64,000 bases of DNA from Spirochaetia bacterium (lineage in GTDB: Bacteria > Spirochaetota > Spirochaetia > UBA9216), in contig OZ223272.1 of NCBI GenBank assembly GCA_965140585.1, positions 448,001-512,000 on the forward strand, given 5' to 3'. The position numbers and the translations under genes were made by a program. Under the pieces are notes generated by a model. It was not told the DNA's origin. It saw nothing but the letters and a program-made list of their open reading frames with translations, and ran no database searches. How positions within the stretch are numbered: the stretch's first letter is position 1; every line of letters begins with the position of its first letter. This document shows positions 1 to 9,778 of this stretch, in pieces.

Positions 1-356
1 ATACCGGTTTCGAGATCAGGATAATCAAGATAAAGCCTGAACACAGCCTGATGTCCCCGGCCTGCAATCTCATTCAGCAGCGGTTCTATTCCGCTGTCAA
101 AGGTAAAACTTGCCGGACCGTCCATTAAGGCATTCATTGGAACATAAAACCACTCAAGGCTGCATGGAAAATTAAAATCCTGGTCGTAATAAGGCATGAA
201 TCCTTTGAGCGGGTTATCAATCGGGGCGGCCTCTTCGGAAACACTCAGATCAGCATCAACCGGAAGGCTGTAAACCTGCCACTGAAAACCCGCGCAGGCG
301 CTCAAAATTATTATAAAAAATAGAACAACAGAACCGGCTAAAACAATCTTTCTCAT
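1..356 (-). CDS. Lipoprotein, DUF4832/DUF4874-like putative glycoside hydrolase (5' part; runs off the window)
   Basis: Manual translation from ATG at 356: MRKIVLAGSVVLFFIIILSAC (lipobox)...DNPLKGFMPY...SLEWFYVP...GHQAVFRLYLDYP; open to the window edge. Confidence 0.6.
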   Translation of the reverse strand, partial: MRKIVLAGSVVLFFIIILSACAGFQWQVYSLPVDADLSVSEEAAPIDNPLKGFMPYYDQDFNFPCSLEWFYVPMNALMDGPASFTFDSGIEPLLNEIAGRGHQAVFRLYLDYPDLETG

Positions 357-382
357 GGTTTCAAGTATATCAGATAACTATT

Positions 383-1339
383 TCAGTATCTTGCCGAAAT
401 AACTCCGCCGGCTTCAAAAACAGGGTCATAATCAGGATCGGCTGCAATCTTTACAGACCCCATAACTTCAAGTGAGAAAATATCAAAGAGGTCGGTTTTC
501 ACTGAGGCGGCAAGACTGCTTGCGCCAAGAACTTCAATAAACGGATTAACCGAAGAATCCCCTTCAACAAAGTCGGATGAGGAAGCATTGAGACCTATAC
601 GCAATGAGTCAACCGGATAAAAAGCAAGTTCGGCAGCATAATTATACAGAAGGTTTCCGTTGTCATCATAGAGGACTGCAATTTCAGGGGTTGTTGAAAG
701 CCACATGCCGTTGGAGAGATCCATTACAGATTTCATCCTTGCTGTGATTATGCCCACGTCGGCGGCAAGGTAGGAATATATGGTCGAATCCCAGTCTGTC
801 TTGTAAAAAAGATCCGGCTGCAGATATCCCCATCCCAGAGAAATTTCAGTTTCCGGAAAGATATAGTAACCGGCTCTAAGAGCAAGGATATGATACCTTA
901 GGACTGCAACGGTGGTTTCATCTGTTTTCCACCTTATCCGCTTGTCTTCCAGTGGTATTTCAACAATCAGAGGAAAACCGTCATAGACCCACCTCAGATC
1001 AAGATCAAAGCCTACCGTTGTATTGTCCAGGCTGTTGACGGTATCATCGATTGAAGTCTGTTTGAGATTGGTAAAAAACTGTGCCTGAATATCAGCCCAT
1101 CCGACCTGGTTGAGAAAGGCGGCTTCTTCCGAAGGGGCTCCATTCCGTTCAACCCTTCCAAAATAAAAAGTAAAATCAGGATTGGTATTAAACTCACCGG
1201 AACTCTGATCAAATGTATAGTTCATTCCCGTTCCGCATTCAAACATAAACGAATCCTTCGATGAAAACACATCAATGCCAAAAGCTGAGACCGTGCTCAT
1301 GGCAAGAAGGAATAGTGATATAGCCTTTTTAATCCTCAT
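383..1339 (-). CDS. Hypothetical secreted / outer-membrane-like protein
   Basis: 318 aa ORF, signal peptide, GGAGG RBS, beta-rich with terminal aromatic residue. Confidence 0.7.
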   Translation of the reverse strand: MRIKKAISLFLLAMSTVSAFGIDVFSSKDSFMFECGTGMNYTFDQSSGEFNTNPDFTFYFGRVERNGAPSEEAAFLNQVGWADIQAQFFTNLKQTSIDDTVNSLDNTTVGFDLDLRWVYDGFPLIVEIPLEDKRIRWKTDETTVAVLRYHILALRAGYYIFPETEISLGWGYLQPDLFYKTDWDSTIYSYLAADVGIITARMKSVMDLSNGMWLSTTPEIAVLYDDNGNLLYNYAAELAFYPVDSLRIGLNASSSDFVEGDSSVNPFIEVLGASSLAASVKTDLFDIFSLEVMGSVKIAADPDYDPVFEAGGVISARY

Positions 1340-1373
1340 TTTTAATCCTCCATTTTCGTTTGATATAATAATA

Positions 1374-1898
1374 TCACAATCCGGAGAGATATCTTGCGGT
1401 GTTAATATTGCGTACGGTCATCTGCCGGTAATGTTTATGCCCGGCCAGCTTGCTGAGCTGACTTTTATTCTGATTTTTTCTTTCAACATGCCAGAGCACT
1501 GCACCCGGGGTATAGCTGATATCAAGGTATTCTCTTTTAACCGGAAGTTCATCAATAATCTCCGGGTAATCGATAGCTGAGAAAAGAAAGGCTACATCTG
1601 TTTTCTGCTCTGAGTCATTCTGCCAGGTTTCAGGAATTTGAGACACAATCCGCTTAATCTCATCCTGCAAAATAACCAGCGTCGGCACCTCAAAGCCGAA
1701 CTCGTCCTCAATCAGCTTCATAATAATCCCGGTAAGTTCACCGGCTTCCCTGTCAGAGTTAAAAATCACATTCCCCGAGTTAAGATATGTCTCGGCACCG
1801 CTAAGCGAAGCTTCTTCAAAAAGTTTACGGAGAATCTTCATATCGACCTTCCGTTTCCCGCCTACATTTATTCCTCTTAAGAGTGCTGTATATTTCAT
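1374..1898 (-). CDS. DUF1697 family protein
   Basis: N-terminal YxALLRGINVGG and SGNVIF motifs. Confidence 0.9.
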   Translation of the reverse strand: MKYTALLRGINVGGKRKVDMKILRKLFEEASLSGAETYLNSGNVIFNSDREAGELTGIIMKLIEDEFGFEVPTLVILQDEIKRIVSQIPETWQNDSEQKTDVAFLFSAIDYPEIIDELPVKREYLDISYTPGAVLWHVERKNQNKSQLSKLAGHKHYRQMTVRNINTARYLSGL

Positions 1899-1931
1899 TT
1901 TTAAATTATATCACAGAGCCTTGGCTTAATG

Positions 1932-2819
1932 TCAGCAATCATTGAGTTTAACAAACTGCTTAAAACTATCAATAAACGCTGCAGGAGAGCTGCTGCTGTA
2001 TACAAAATACAGCTCCCTGATAAGAGGACCGAAGGCCAGCGGGCAGGTCTTGATTGAACCTAAAATCAGTTCTTTTTCAATTGCGGTCCGGGACATTACC
2101 GAGCATCCGTATCCTGCTTCTACAAGCGATTTGATTGCACTCAAACTGCCTACTTCCATAATAACTGTTTCCTCAGGCAGGTGCACACTATGTTCTTTAA
2201 GATACTCCTCCCAGTAATACCTCGTACCGGAACCCAGCTCTCTGAGAATCAACCGGGCACCTGAAAGCTCTTTCAGTCCTGCAGCAGAACAACCGGGTGG
2301 GATATAAGCATCAGTACCAATAAAAACCATCTCATCCTTTATAAAAAGTTCTGAGTAATATTTATCCTTTGGAAATGGACCTTCAACCATTGCCAAATCA
2401 ATAGTCCCCTCATCAAGAAGCCGGAGTATCTCCCTTGTGTTTTCAATCCTTATAACAAGTTCCAGCTGCGGGTTAATCTGACGGTATTTTCCGATGTATG
2501 ACGGCAGGATATACTCACCGATGGTCAGCGTAGCGCCTATTGTATAACGCTTCTTCGAGCCCAGCATGTTCTGAAGACCTTTTTCAAGACCGGCACTTAT
2601 ATTCCGCACCTGCTTAGCGGCCTCAAGTACCATATTTCCGGCACCAGTCAAACTCAGCTTTCTGCCTCTGTGTTCAAACAGAGGCACACCGTAAATATAT
2701 TCAAGAGCTTTAATATGCTGGGATACTGCAGACTGGGTCAATCCAAGGCTATCTGCAGCCTTCAGAAGAGTACCCTTTTCAACAACTGCAATCAGTGTTT
2801 TTATACGATAGTCAAGCAT
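1932..2819 (-). CDS. LysR family transcriptional regulator (CysL/YeiE-like)
   Basis: HTH AADSLGLTQSAVSQHIKALE, RExGSGTR motif; divergent from a YeiH-type gene. Confidence 0.92.
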   Translation of the reverse strand: MLDYRIKTLIAVVEKGTLLKAADSLGLTQSAVSQHIKALEYIYGVPLFEHRGRKLSLTGAGNMVLEAAKQVRNISAGLEKGLQNMLGSKKRYTIGATLTIGEYILPSYIGKYRQINPQLELVIRIENTREILRLLDEGTIDLAMVEGPFPKDKYYSELFIKDEMVFIGTDAYIPPGCSAAGLKELSGARLILRELGSGTRYYWEEYLKEHSVHLPEETVIMEVGSLSAIKSLVEAGYGCSVMSRTAIEKELILGSIKTCPLAFGPLIRELYFVYSSSSPAAFIDSFKQFVKLNDC

Positions 2820-2936
2820 AGGTGAATGATAGGCAAATAAGGCTGAAAAGTAAAGTTATTCTTAAGTTTAATGAAAATAATATAAATTTTAGTTAATTAT
2901 TATTTCTTATATAATTCATAGAACCCAAAGGAGACC

Positions 2937-3914
2937 ATGATGCTGAAAATATTACCCGGCCTGGGTATCTGTATTACTGTTGCCCTGATTTCACTCTTTA
3001 CAGCCGAATACTTCATTATCGGCGGCGTCACAATTGCCATACTTGCCGGAATAATAATCGGAAACCTGATAAAGATACCTGCACGCCTTACAAGCGGAAT
3101 AAAATTCTCTGAGAAAAAATTACTTCCTGTGGCAATTGCCCTTATGGGCTTCAGTCTTAATTACACAATACTCATAGAGCTGGGACTGCCCGTCATCATC
3201 ATGATTATATGCGGCGTTGCCTTTACCATAAGCTTTTCAATGTTTACAGGAAGGCTGCTTGGAATGGACAGAGAGCTTAACCTTCTGGTTGGAATAGGCA
3301 ACGCAGTCTGTGGGAGCTCCGCAATTGCAGCAGCCCAGGGCGTCATTAAAACTAAAGATGAGTACGCAGGCATATCGATAGGAATCATCAATCTGCTTGG
3401 AACCCTTGGCATTTTTCTGCTGCCGTTCCTCGCCCTTATACTTCCAGGGTTTTCCGACAGGGAATCAGGAATGCTTATAGGCAATACACTTCAGGCGGTT
3501 GGCCAGGTTACAGCCGCCGGATTTTCAATTGGTGATGAACCTGGGAAAATTGCTACAATAGTAAAAATGGGCAGGGTTCTGCTGATATCTCCGATAGTTC
3601 TTCTGCTCAATTTCCGAAAAAACGGAAAAACTAAATCTGCCGGTAAGATTCCGGGAATACCTGTTTACATCCTGCTGTTTATATTATTTTCCATAGTGTC
3701 ATCAACAGGAATAATTCCTGCCCGGTTAATTTCAATTTTAAAGTGGATTTCGGAGTTTAGCCTGATAACTGCAATGGCGGCGACAGGAATGAATATCAGG
3801 TTTAAGACACTGCTTACAAGCGGCAAAAAAGCCCTGCTTACAGGATTCATAACTTTCGGCGGACAGATCGTATTCTCGACAGCGATGATTTACCTTTTAA
3901 ATTATTTGTTTTAG
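2937..3914 (+). CDS. YeiH/UPF0324 putative sulfate exporter
   Basis: Polytopic membrane protein with GxGNAVCGSSAIAA motif. Confidence 0.9.
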   Translation: MMLKILPGLGICITVALISLFTAEYFIIGGVTIAILAGIIIGNLIKIPARLTSGIKFSEKKLLPVAIALMGFSLNYTILIELGLPVIIMIICGVAFTISFSMFTGRLLGMDRELNLLVGIGNAVCGSSAIAAAQGVIKTKDEYAGISIGIINLLGTLGIFLLPFLALILPGFSDRESGMLIGNTLQAVGQVTAAGFSIGDEPGKIATIVKMGRVLLISPIVLLLNFRKNGKTKSAGKIPGIPVYILLFILFSIVSSTGIIPARLISILKWISEFSLITAMAATGMNIRFKTLLTSGKKALLTGFITFGGQIVFSTAMIYLLNYLF

Positions 3915-4409
3915 AAGATATTCCAGAAACATTGTATCTCTGATTACCCAGCGGGGGAAATCGGTTTTTGATTCAATTATTTTTTTATTGTTTTTAACCG
4001 CTGATTTTATATCAACCCAGATCGGAGTAAACTCCAGCTCTTTTTCGTATTGGTCCAGATTCTGTCCTGAGGTCCTGATATTTGATATACCGCAACGGTA
4101 ATAGATAGAATCCATCCTGAAAAAATCAAGGGCCTCTTCCACAGGAGCATCATACTCGGCAATATGCCCGAGCAGCTCACCAACTTCAGTGCCGTCAAGT
4201 CCGCATTCTTCTCGTACTTCACGAACAAGAGCCTGCTGATGGCTCTCTCCTTCTTCAATTCCGCCGCCGGGGAATTTGTAATCGCCGTTAACACCTGAGT
4301 GAATCATAAGGATACTGCGGTTCCGAACAATTACAGCCCTGACTGCCGTTCTTACATGCCCCTTCCCGTCGACTTTTAATCCCTCTTTATGAAATATAAC
4401 TTTTTCCAT
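3897..4409 (-). CDS. NUDIX hydrolase
   Basis: Nudix box GGGIEEGESHQQALVREVREECG. Confidence 0.9.
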   Translation of the reverse strand: MEKVIFHKEGLKVDGKGHVRTAVRAVIVRNRSILMIHSGVNGDYKFPGGGIEEGESHQQALVREVREECGLDGTEVGELLGHIAEYDAPVEEALDFFRMDSIYYRCGISNIRTSGQNLDQYEKELEFTPIWVDIKSAVKNNKKIIESKTDFPRWVIRDTMFLEYLLKQII

Positions 4410-4430
4410 TAAATAACCTTTTTAGTGTTT

Positions 4431-4877
4431 TCAGCAAAGACGCATTTGATAGCCCTTCTTGGATGTTCCGTCAAATCCTATTTTCTCATAAAACCGGTGT
4501 GCATCTTCACGTTCTGAACTGCTGAGAAGCATAACCTTATAGCAGTTCTGTTCACGGGTAAGCTCAACAGCTTTTATTATTACGTTCCGGGCGTAGCCCT
4601 GTCTGCGGAAAGCCGGGTCGGTTACCACATTCTCAATTACGGCGTAGGGCCGCTGGTTTCTGGTGATGTTGGGAATAACCGAGACCGTACAGGAAGAAAC
4701 TGCCTGTCCAGCGGCATAGGCTATCAGGCAGCTGATTTTCGGGTCTTTAATAATCTGAAGCCAGGTATCCGCATAATGGCCTGAATTGGAGTAATCCTCA
4801 TCAGGATGCAGCTGTGCATACAGTTTCAGAACATCCTCCAGATCACCTTCTTCTGCGGTTTTTATCAATACCGGCAT
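4431..4877 (-). CDS. GNAT N-acetyltransferase
   Basis: IENVVTDPAFRRQGY and AHRFYEKIGF motifs. Confidence 0.9.
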   Translation of the reverse strand: MPVLIKTAEEGDLEDVLKLYAQLHPDEDYSNSGHYADTWLQIIKDPKISCLIAYAAGQAVSSCTVSVIPNITRNQRPYAVIENVVTDPAFRRQGYARNVIIKAVELTREQNCYKVMLLSSSEREDAHRFYEKIGFDGTSKKGYQMRLC

Positions 4878-4880
4878 TTC

Positions 4881-5126
4881 TTAACCTTGGAGAACTCCGA
4901 GGGCGCCAAGAGCATGAAATGTAATTGCTCCGCAGTTTCTGCACGCTATTATTGCCACAGGAACAGAAGCCCCTTCCATATCAGTCCCGCTGTTTATATC
5001 ATCCTGCAATATCACTTTTGAAAAACTGTTCATGACAGTAAAGTTTTCTGTTCCGCATCTGTGACATGGAAGCAATGCCTTTTTTTCATTAAGCAGTCTG
5101 ATTATTTCATTCTTATCTATTTTCAT
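4881..5126 (-). CDS. Small zinc-ribbon hypothetical protein
   Basis: Two CxxC pairs (CHRC, CRNC); AAGGAG RBS. Confidence 0.65.
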   Translation of the reverse strand: MKIDKNEIIRLLNEKKALLPCHRCGTENFTVMNSFSKVILQDDINSGTDMEGASVPVAIIACRNCGAITFHALGALGVLQG

Positions 5127-5198
5127 GATTGTACTCCTTGATTGCCGGCTCCAGTATACGGTTCTGCTTAGTATCTCTCAAGGGGACAGCCTCTCTTT

Positions 5199-5912
5199 TC
5201 AAAGTTCATCCTGATAATCAAGCCTTACGAATCTATAACCTTCAGAGCGAAGACCGGTTATAATTAGTCTCACTGATTCAACAAACTCTTGCGCATCAGA
5301 ATCTTTGCCGTCATGAAGATAGATCACAGCACATGGTCCTGCATTTTCAATAACCTCGGCTGCAACTTTTTCCGAATCAAACGGTCTGATATATTCAGAG
5401 GACGGATCAAAGGAACCGGTCACAAGAGTTTTATCCATTGCTTTAAGAACCAGCGGCAGAACAATATATTTTGAAGAATATGGCGGCTGAAAATACTGAA
5501 TATTAATCTGGCCTGCTGATTTAATAAGACCGTCGGTCTTGGTTATCTGATTTCTGACAAAACTGAAAGATTTAAAAATCATTCGCGGGTGGTCATAAGA
5601 GTGATTTCCTATGAGATGTCCCTTTTCATACACCTGCCGGGCGATATCAAGATATCTTTCTATATTTTCACCAAGCATAAAAAAAGAAGCTTTAACATTA
5701 TTTTCTTCAAGCATAGTTAAAAGAGCAGGCGTTCTTTTCTCAGACGGGCCGTCATCAAAAGTAAGTGCGACAACTTTTTCATCTCCGGCAAGCCGGTACA
5801 AAGGGCGAATAAACAGGGCATTCTGCCAAGACCTGCTGTACTGAAATGAAGCAGCTGCAGCTATTACGAGAACAAATACAGTCAGAAGACCGGCGATAAT
5901 TATTCTTTTCAT
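5199..5912 (-). CDS. Polysaccharide deacetylase (CE4)
   Basis: ALTFDDGP, GNHSYDH and LHDG motifs; N-terminal anchor. Confidence 0.9.
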   Translation of the reverse strand: MKRIIIAGLLTVFVLVIAAAASFQYSRSWQNALFIRPLYRLAGDEKVVALTFDDGPSEKRTPALLTMLEENNVKASFFMLGENIERYLDIARQVYEKGHLIGNHSYDHPRMIFKSFSFVRNQITKTDGLIKSAGQINIQYFQPPYSSKYIVLPLVLKAMDKTLVTGSFDPSSEYIRPFDSEKVAAEVIENAGPCAVIYLHDGKDSDAQEFVESVRLIITGLRSEGYRFVRLDYQDEL

Positions 5913-6202
5913 TTACTCATTGGAACATACCACAATCTTACTTTAAAAGTAAGCAGGCCTTTCTTTACAGCCGGATCGTCGGAGGCAAACTTTTCAATTT
6001 CTTCCATGGAAACACCCTCTTCTGCAATCATCATCCCTCCGGAATCTGCATCAGAAAAGGGTCCACCCATTCGAAGTTTCCCTGACTCCATCAGCTTTGA
6101 ATAATGTTCTACATGTTCAATAATTCCAGGCTGATTTCTAAAATCAAATTCATCCTGCCAATTTGGTCCCGGATAATGAAAGACTACACAATGCATTCCC
6201 AT
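5909..6202 (-). CDS. YciI family protein
   Basis: EHVEH, GGPF, GGMMI and DPAV motifs. Confidence 0.8.
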   Translation of the reverse strand: MGMHCVVFHYPGPNWQDEFDFRNQPGIIEHVEHYSKLMESGKLRMGGPFSDADSGGMMIAEEGVSMEEIEKFASDDPAVKKGLLTFKVRLWYVPMSK

Positions 6203-6248
6203 AATTCACTCCTGATTGAATAATACTAAGTTCCTGCTTCGCAGGAAA

Positions 6249-7108
6249 CTAAAACATATCGTTTATTTTTATCTTTGGATGATGGTATTTAACGCCGGGG
6301 GCTCTGCTCCAGTACTGTATAGCTCCATTAGGGCACCATTCATCACAGGCAAAACACACTTCACACCTGTGCATGAATTGGGGACTTCCATTTATTATTT
6401 CAATATTTTTTACAGGACATATCCTTGCACAGATTCCGCATCCAATACAATTATCATTTATTTTAATACTTCTATCTGTCAGAGGTAATAATTCATTACA
6501 GATTAAAGAAGGGTTAACCTCTTCTGCATATCCTCTCACGCTGTTTAATGTAGCATTTGTCATTATTTTAAAAAGGGGCTGTATTATAAAATTGAATAAT
6601 GTATTCGAAATTTCAAATTGCCCCCTGTGCTGCTTCCAATTTGTTTACTGATTTTTTGTAATTTTGACTCGGCTTGCGTTAATATATGCTGAGTTCTTTT
6701 TTCTATAGGAACCGGGATATGTTCATAATCAAGGTTATTCATCGGAAGCCGCAGTGAAAATCTTCTTTCCAACCTGCTCCCAGCCGATTCAATTATTTTT
6801 TTCAGCTTTATCAATGAAGGATCGGCGTTTACTATTTCATATCCTCCGCATGTCCAGACAGCGGTTATCTTTTTCAATTCTATATCCTCAATTGCCCTAA
6901 CGAACCTTTCTACAATCAGAGGAACTCCGCAAGCAGCAGCCAGATATGACGGAAAGACAATAATTATTCGTTCGGCCAGTACAGTATTATCAGAGCTCTT
7001 CAGGAACTGAGGTATTGAGATTACTATAAAATTATTTTCTGTCCCTATCATTCTGGCTGTGTACAGACAGTTTCCTGTACCGGAAAAATAATAAATTTCA
7101 GTACTCAA
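6249..7108 (-). pseudogene. EFR1 family ferrodoxin (flavodoxin + 4Fe-4S), frameshifted
   Basis: YFSGTGN flavodoxin N-part (6584-7108) and CIGCGICARICP ferredoxin C-part (6249-6563) in different frames; shift falls around a G5 run (6621-6625). Confidence 0.75.
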
Positions 7109-7587
7109 TCAATAAACTCCGGTAATATCTGATTCATACTGGTAGGCAACAAGGCCATTGCCGCAACCAAATCTATTGCCTTTGTTCTAATTTCCGGATT
7201 TATATTTTCAATAAGATTCAAAATATAGTCTTCGACTATTGGTCGAGCCATAGCCTGATCCTCTTTGAAAATATATATTACAGTATCAGTATAACCCTGT
7301 ACCATCCTGCCTGGAAACAGATTGTTTGTGTTTTCATTTGTAATGTATGTGCATACACCTTCTGAAGAAAGCAGAGATCGAAGCATCAGTTTATCTGATT
7401 GTGCAAAAATTCGAACAAACGGGATAATATCTTTACCCTCTGAATTTTCAATAAATTCCTGATTATAATCAAGCGCTTCATCCTCTAATCTTTCATGGGT
7501 ACCGATGCTTTTTGATTTTTTATTTTTATAAAAACCAACAATCATTATTATTGCTATTGCCAGAAAAATCAAAACAGCATTACTCAT
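7105..7587 (-). CDS. Membrane-anchored DUF2007-like protein
   Basis: N-terminal TM helix; LRSLLSSEGV...ENTNNLFP segment. Confidence 0.6.
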   Translation of the reverse strand: MSNAVLIFLAIAIIMIVGFYKNKKSKSIGTHERLEDEALDYNQEFIENSEGKDIIPFVRIFAQSDKLMLRSLLSSEGVCTYITNENTNNLFPGRMVQGYTDTVIYIFKEDQAMARPIVEDYILNLIENINPEIRTKAIDLVAAMALLPTSMNQILPEFID

Positions 7588-7633
7588 AAAACCTCTCTTT
7601 TACTGAAACGCAAAGTGATTCACTTACTTCCTG

Positions 7634-7769
7634 TTATATAAAAGCAGGAATGATAAATCGTGTAATAATATCATGGGTTATTAGCCTTATCAGGTATTCC
7701 AACGTTTCTAATTTTCTCGAAAAACTCTGACAGTTTTCCATTAACTTTTGTGTATACATATTCTTGCAT
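7634..7769 (-). pseudogene. Deletion chimera: DUF5343 N-terminus fused to a serine-hydrolase C-terminal tail
   Basis: 7769-7671 encodes MQEYVYTKVNGKLSEFFEKIRNVGIPDKANNP* (similar to the start of 37194-37814); 7675-7634 encodes HDIITRFIIPAFI* (cf. DDIMKRFIIPAFQ* ending at 16377). Confidence 0.6.
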
Positions 7770-8195
7770 TTTTTCCTCCTCTGAAATCATTCAAAAACAG
7801 TTTTATATGATTAAATCGATATTTATTACTGTCAAATAGTATCATAGTAACAATATTTGACATAGTTTTTTATCTAATCACCTCTTTCAATAAATAGTAC
7901 ATTTATATCCCTTCTTCGCCCGTCGGCCGGAGGTCCGGGCGTCTTCTTCTTGTCGGGCTCATTGCACATAACGTCTGCGGTTATATGACGTTTGGCGCAG
8001 CCAAATGTGCCGCAGGCCGAGGCCGAATGGCCGATGCAAATAACCGCTGTTATATAAAGTACTTGGGCTCACTAGTTTCTTCCCCAAAAGACAAGGACGT
8101 ATTTTGGGATCCAATATTAATCTACTTCTTTTCTCTTCAACTCTTACTCTTCAATCTCTTTATTTCAATAATGTTCCTAACTTTATCATAGAATA

Positions 8196-8711
8196 TTAAA
8201 TATTTGTTTTTTTGTTAATATTGTAGATCATTAAAAATTCCTCTTCATTCTCACCTATTATTTGGAACCCTATGTTTTGATACATCTTTAAAGCGTAGTT
8301 ATCTTTTTGTACAGCTAAACTTGCTTTCTTAAAACCTTTATCTCTTAATAATTTCAACATTGAAATCATCAAAGAAGTACCAATTCCATATCCTCTAAAA
8401 TCTTTTAGAATCGATATTGCGAACTCTGGAGTTTTATCATCTATATTCCCAAAGCCTTTGATTTGTTCGGATAATATCCTAACCCAAACACAGCCTATTA
8501 TTTCTTTTTCATATTCTGCTACTAAGCAATAATCTGATTCTTTTCCAAACTCCGCAATATAAACCTGAAGTTCAGGCTTTTTAATTATATCTTTTGGCAG
8601 TCGATCCTTATTATTCTTTTGAAATATTGCCTCGTAGAGAAAATTGTCTAATACATAAATTTCCGATGTTTTAATGTTTCTAATCTTGTAGTTGATTTGA
8701 TTCTTTTTCAT
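8196..8711 (-). CDS. GNAT acetyltransferase (cassette 1)
   Basis: FRGYGIGT, SLAVQKDN, YQNIGF motifs. Confidence 0.88.
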   Translation of the reverse strand: MKKNQINYKIRNIKTSEIYVLDNFLYEAIFQKNNKDRLPKDIIKKPELQVYIAEFGKESDYCLVAEYEKEIIGCVWVRILSEQIKGFGNIDDKTPEFAISILKDFRGYGIGTSLMISMLKLLRDKGFKKASLAVQKDNYALKMYQNIGFQIIGENEEEFLMIYNINKKTNI

Positions 8712-8958
8712 AATTTCTCAATAATTTCTATCATAAAATTTTTCAATCCTTCTCTTACCCTTTTTCTCTTTTTCTTCACGAGCCAGGACGGCGAGTGCTG
8801 AATCCTCTTCGCCCAAGTATTTCATATAACGTCCCGGGGTTAAGCGAAGTTGCGAAGCAATTTGGGCGCAGGCCGAAGGGCCGGAGCCGCTTAACCCCTG
8901 TTATCTGAAGTATTGTGGCTTAAGCCGTAATTACAGGACGTAATTACGGCTTTCTTCT

Positions 8959-9183
8959 CTACGATAACTCTCGAGCTTCTCTAATAACATCAAGAATTTC
9001 TTTGGTTGTAACTTTACTTTTAATTCCTGGAACATCAAATGGCGATTTGCTTTCATTTTTAGTAAGCGGTACAATCTTAAATCTGCTTCCATCCTTCTTT
9101 GCTATTATGACATCTTCTTCTGCTGCCATATTCAATATTGAAGCAAAATTCTGCCTAGCTTCTGAATAATTAAAAACTCTCAT
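8959..9183 (-). CDS. Phd/YefM family antitoxin (cassette 2)
   Basis: YSEARQNFASILN N-terminus. Confidence 0.85.
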   Translation of the reverse strand: MRVFNYSEARQNFASILNMAAEEDVIIAKKDGSRFKIVPLTKNESKSPFDVPGIKSKVTTKEILDVIREARELS

Positions 9184-9576
9184 TCAGACCTCCAATAAGT
9201 GGACTCCTAAATCATTAGCCACTTCTTTCATTCTATTATCCAAACTCAACAAACTGCATTTGTATCGTTTTGCTATTTCCAAATAATACGCATCGTAAGC
9301 ATATATTCCATAATCTGCTGCTATTACTAATGAGTTTTGAATATTAACATCAATCAAACGCACTGGTATTTTCTGAAATATTGAATAACAATCAATTATT
9401 TGACTCTTATCTAATCTATTTCTTTTATACATTACAGATAGAGCGTTTCCCACTTCGAAAGGTAAAACAACCGGTGATATCAGATCATCTTCCTGAGTTA
9501 ATCCAATTATTTTGCTTTTTTCCGGCTCATCGAGAATTACTGCTAAATATATGTTTGCATCTACCAATATACTCAT
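9184..9576 (-). CDS. PIN-domain (VapC) toxin, upstream of its antitoxin (cassette 2)
   Basis: ILVDAN...YAYDAYYL...LLSLD PIN motifs; start moved to ATG at 9576. Confidence 0.88.
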   Translation of the reverse strand: MSILVDANIYLAVILDEPEKSKIIGLTQEDDLISPVVLPFEVGNALSVMYKRNRLDKSQIIDCYSIFQKIPVRLIDVNIQNSLVIAADYGIYAYDAYYLEIAKRYKCSLLSLDNRMKEVANDLGVHLLEV

Positions 9577-9611
9577 GTGTACATTGTACAACACTTTTTA
9601 AATTTTATCAA
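9577..9611 (-). promoter_or_regulatory. Sigma70 promoter with TGTACA operator; probably leaderless transcript
   Basis: TTGATA-17-TACAAT, ATG 6 nt after the -10; two TGTACA palindromes around the -10. Confidence 0.7.
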
Positions 9612-9778
9612 TCTTAATTCTTTCTAACGAGCCAAGGAAGGCGAGTTTCTTCAAACCACAATATTTCGGATAACGTTCTGAGAATAGGCGAAGTTGGCCA
9701 CAGGCCAATTTGGGTGAAGCGAAGCGGAACCGCCTATTCTCTGTTACAGGAAGTTGATTGAGCTACCTTAGTTCAATC

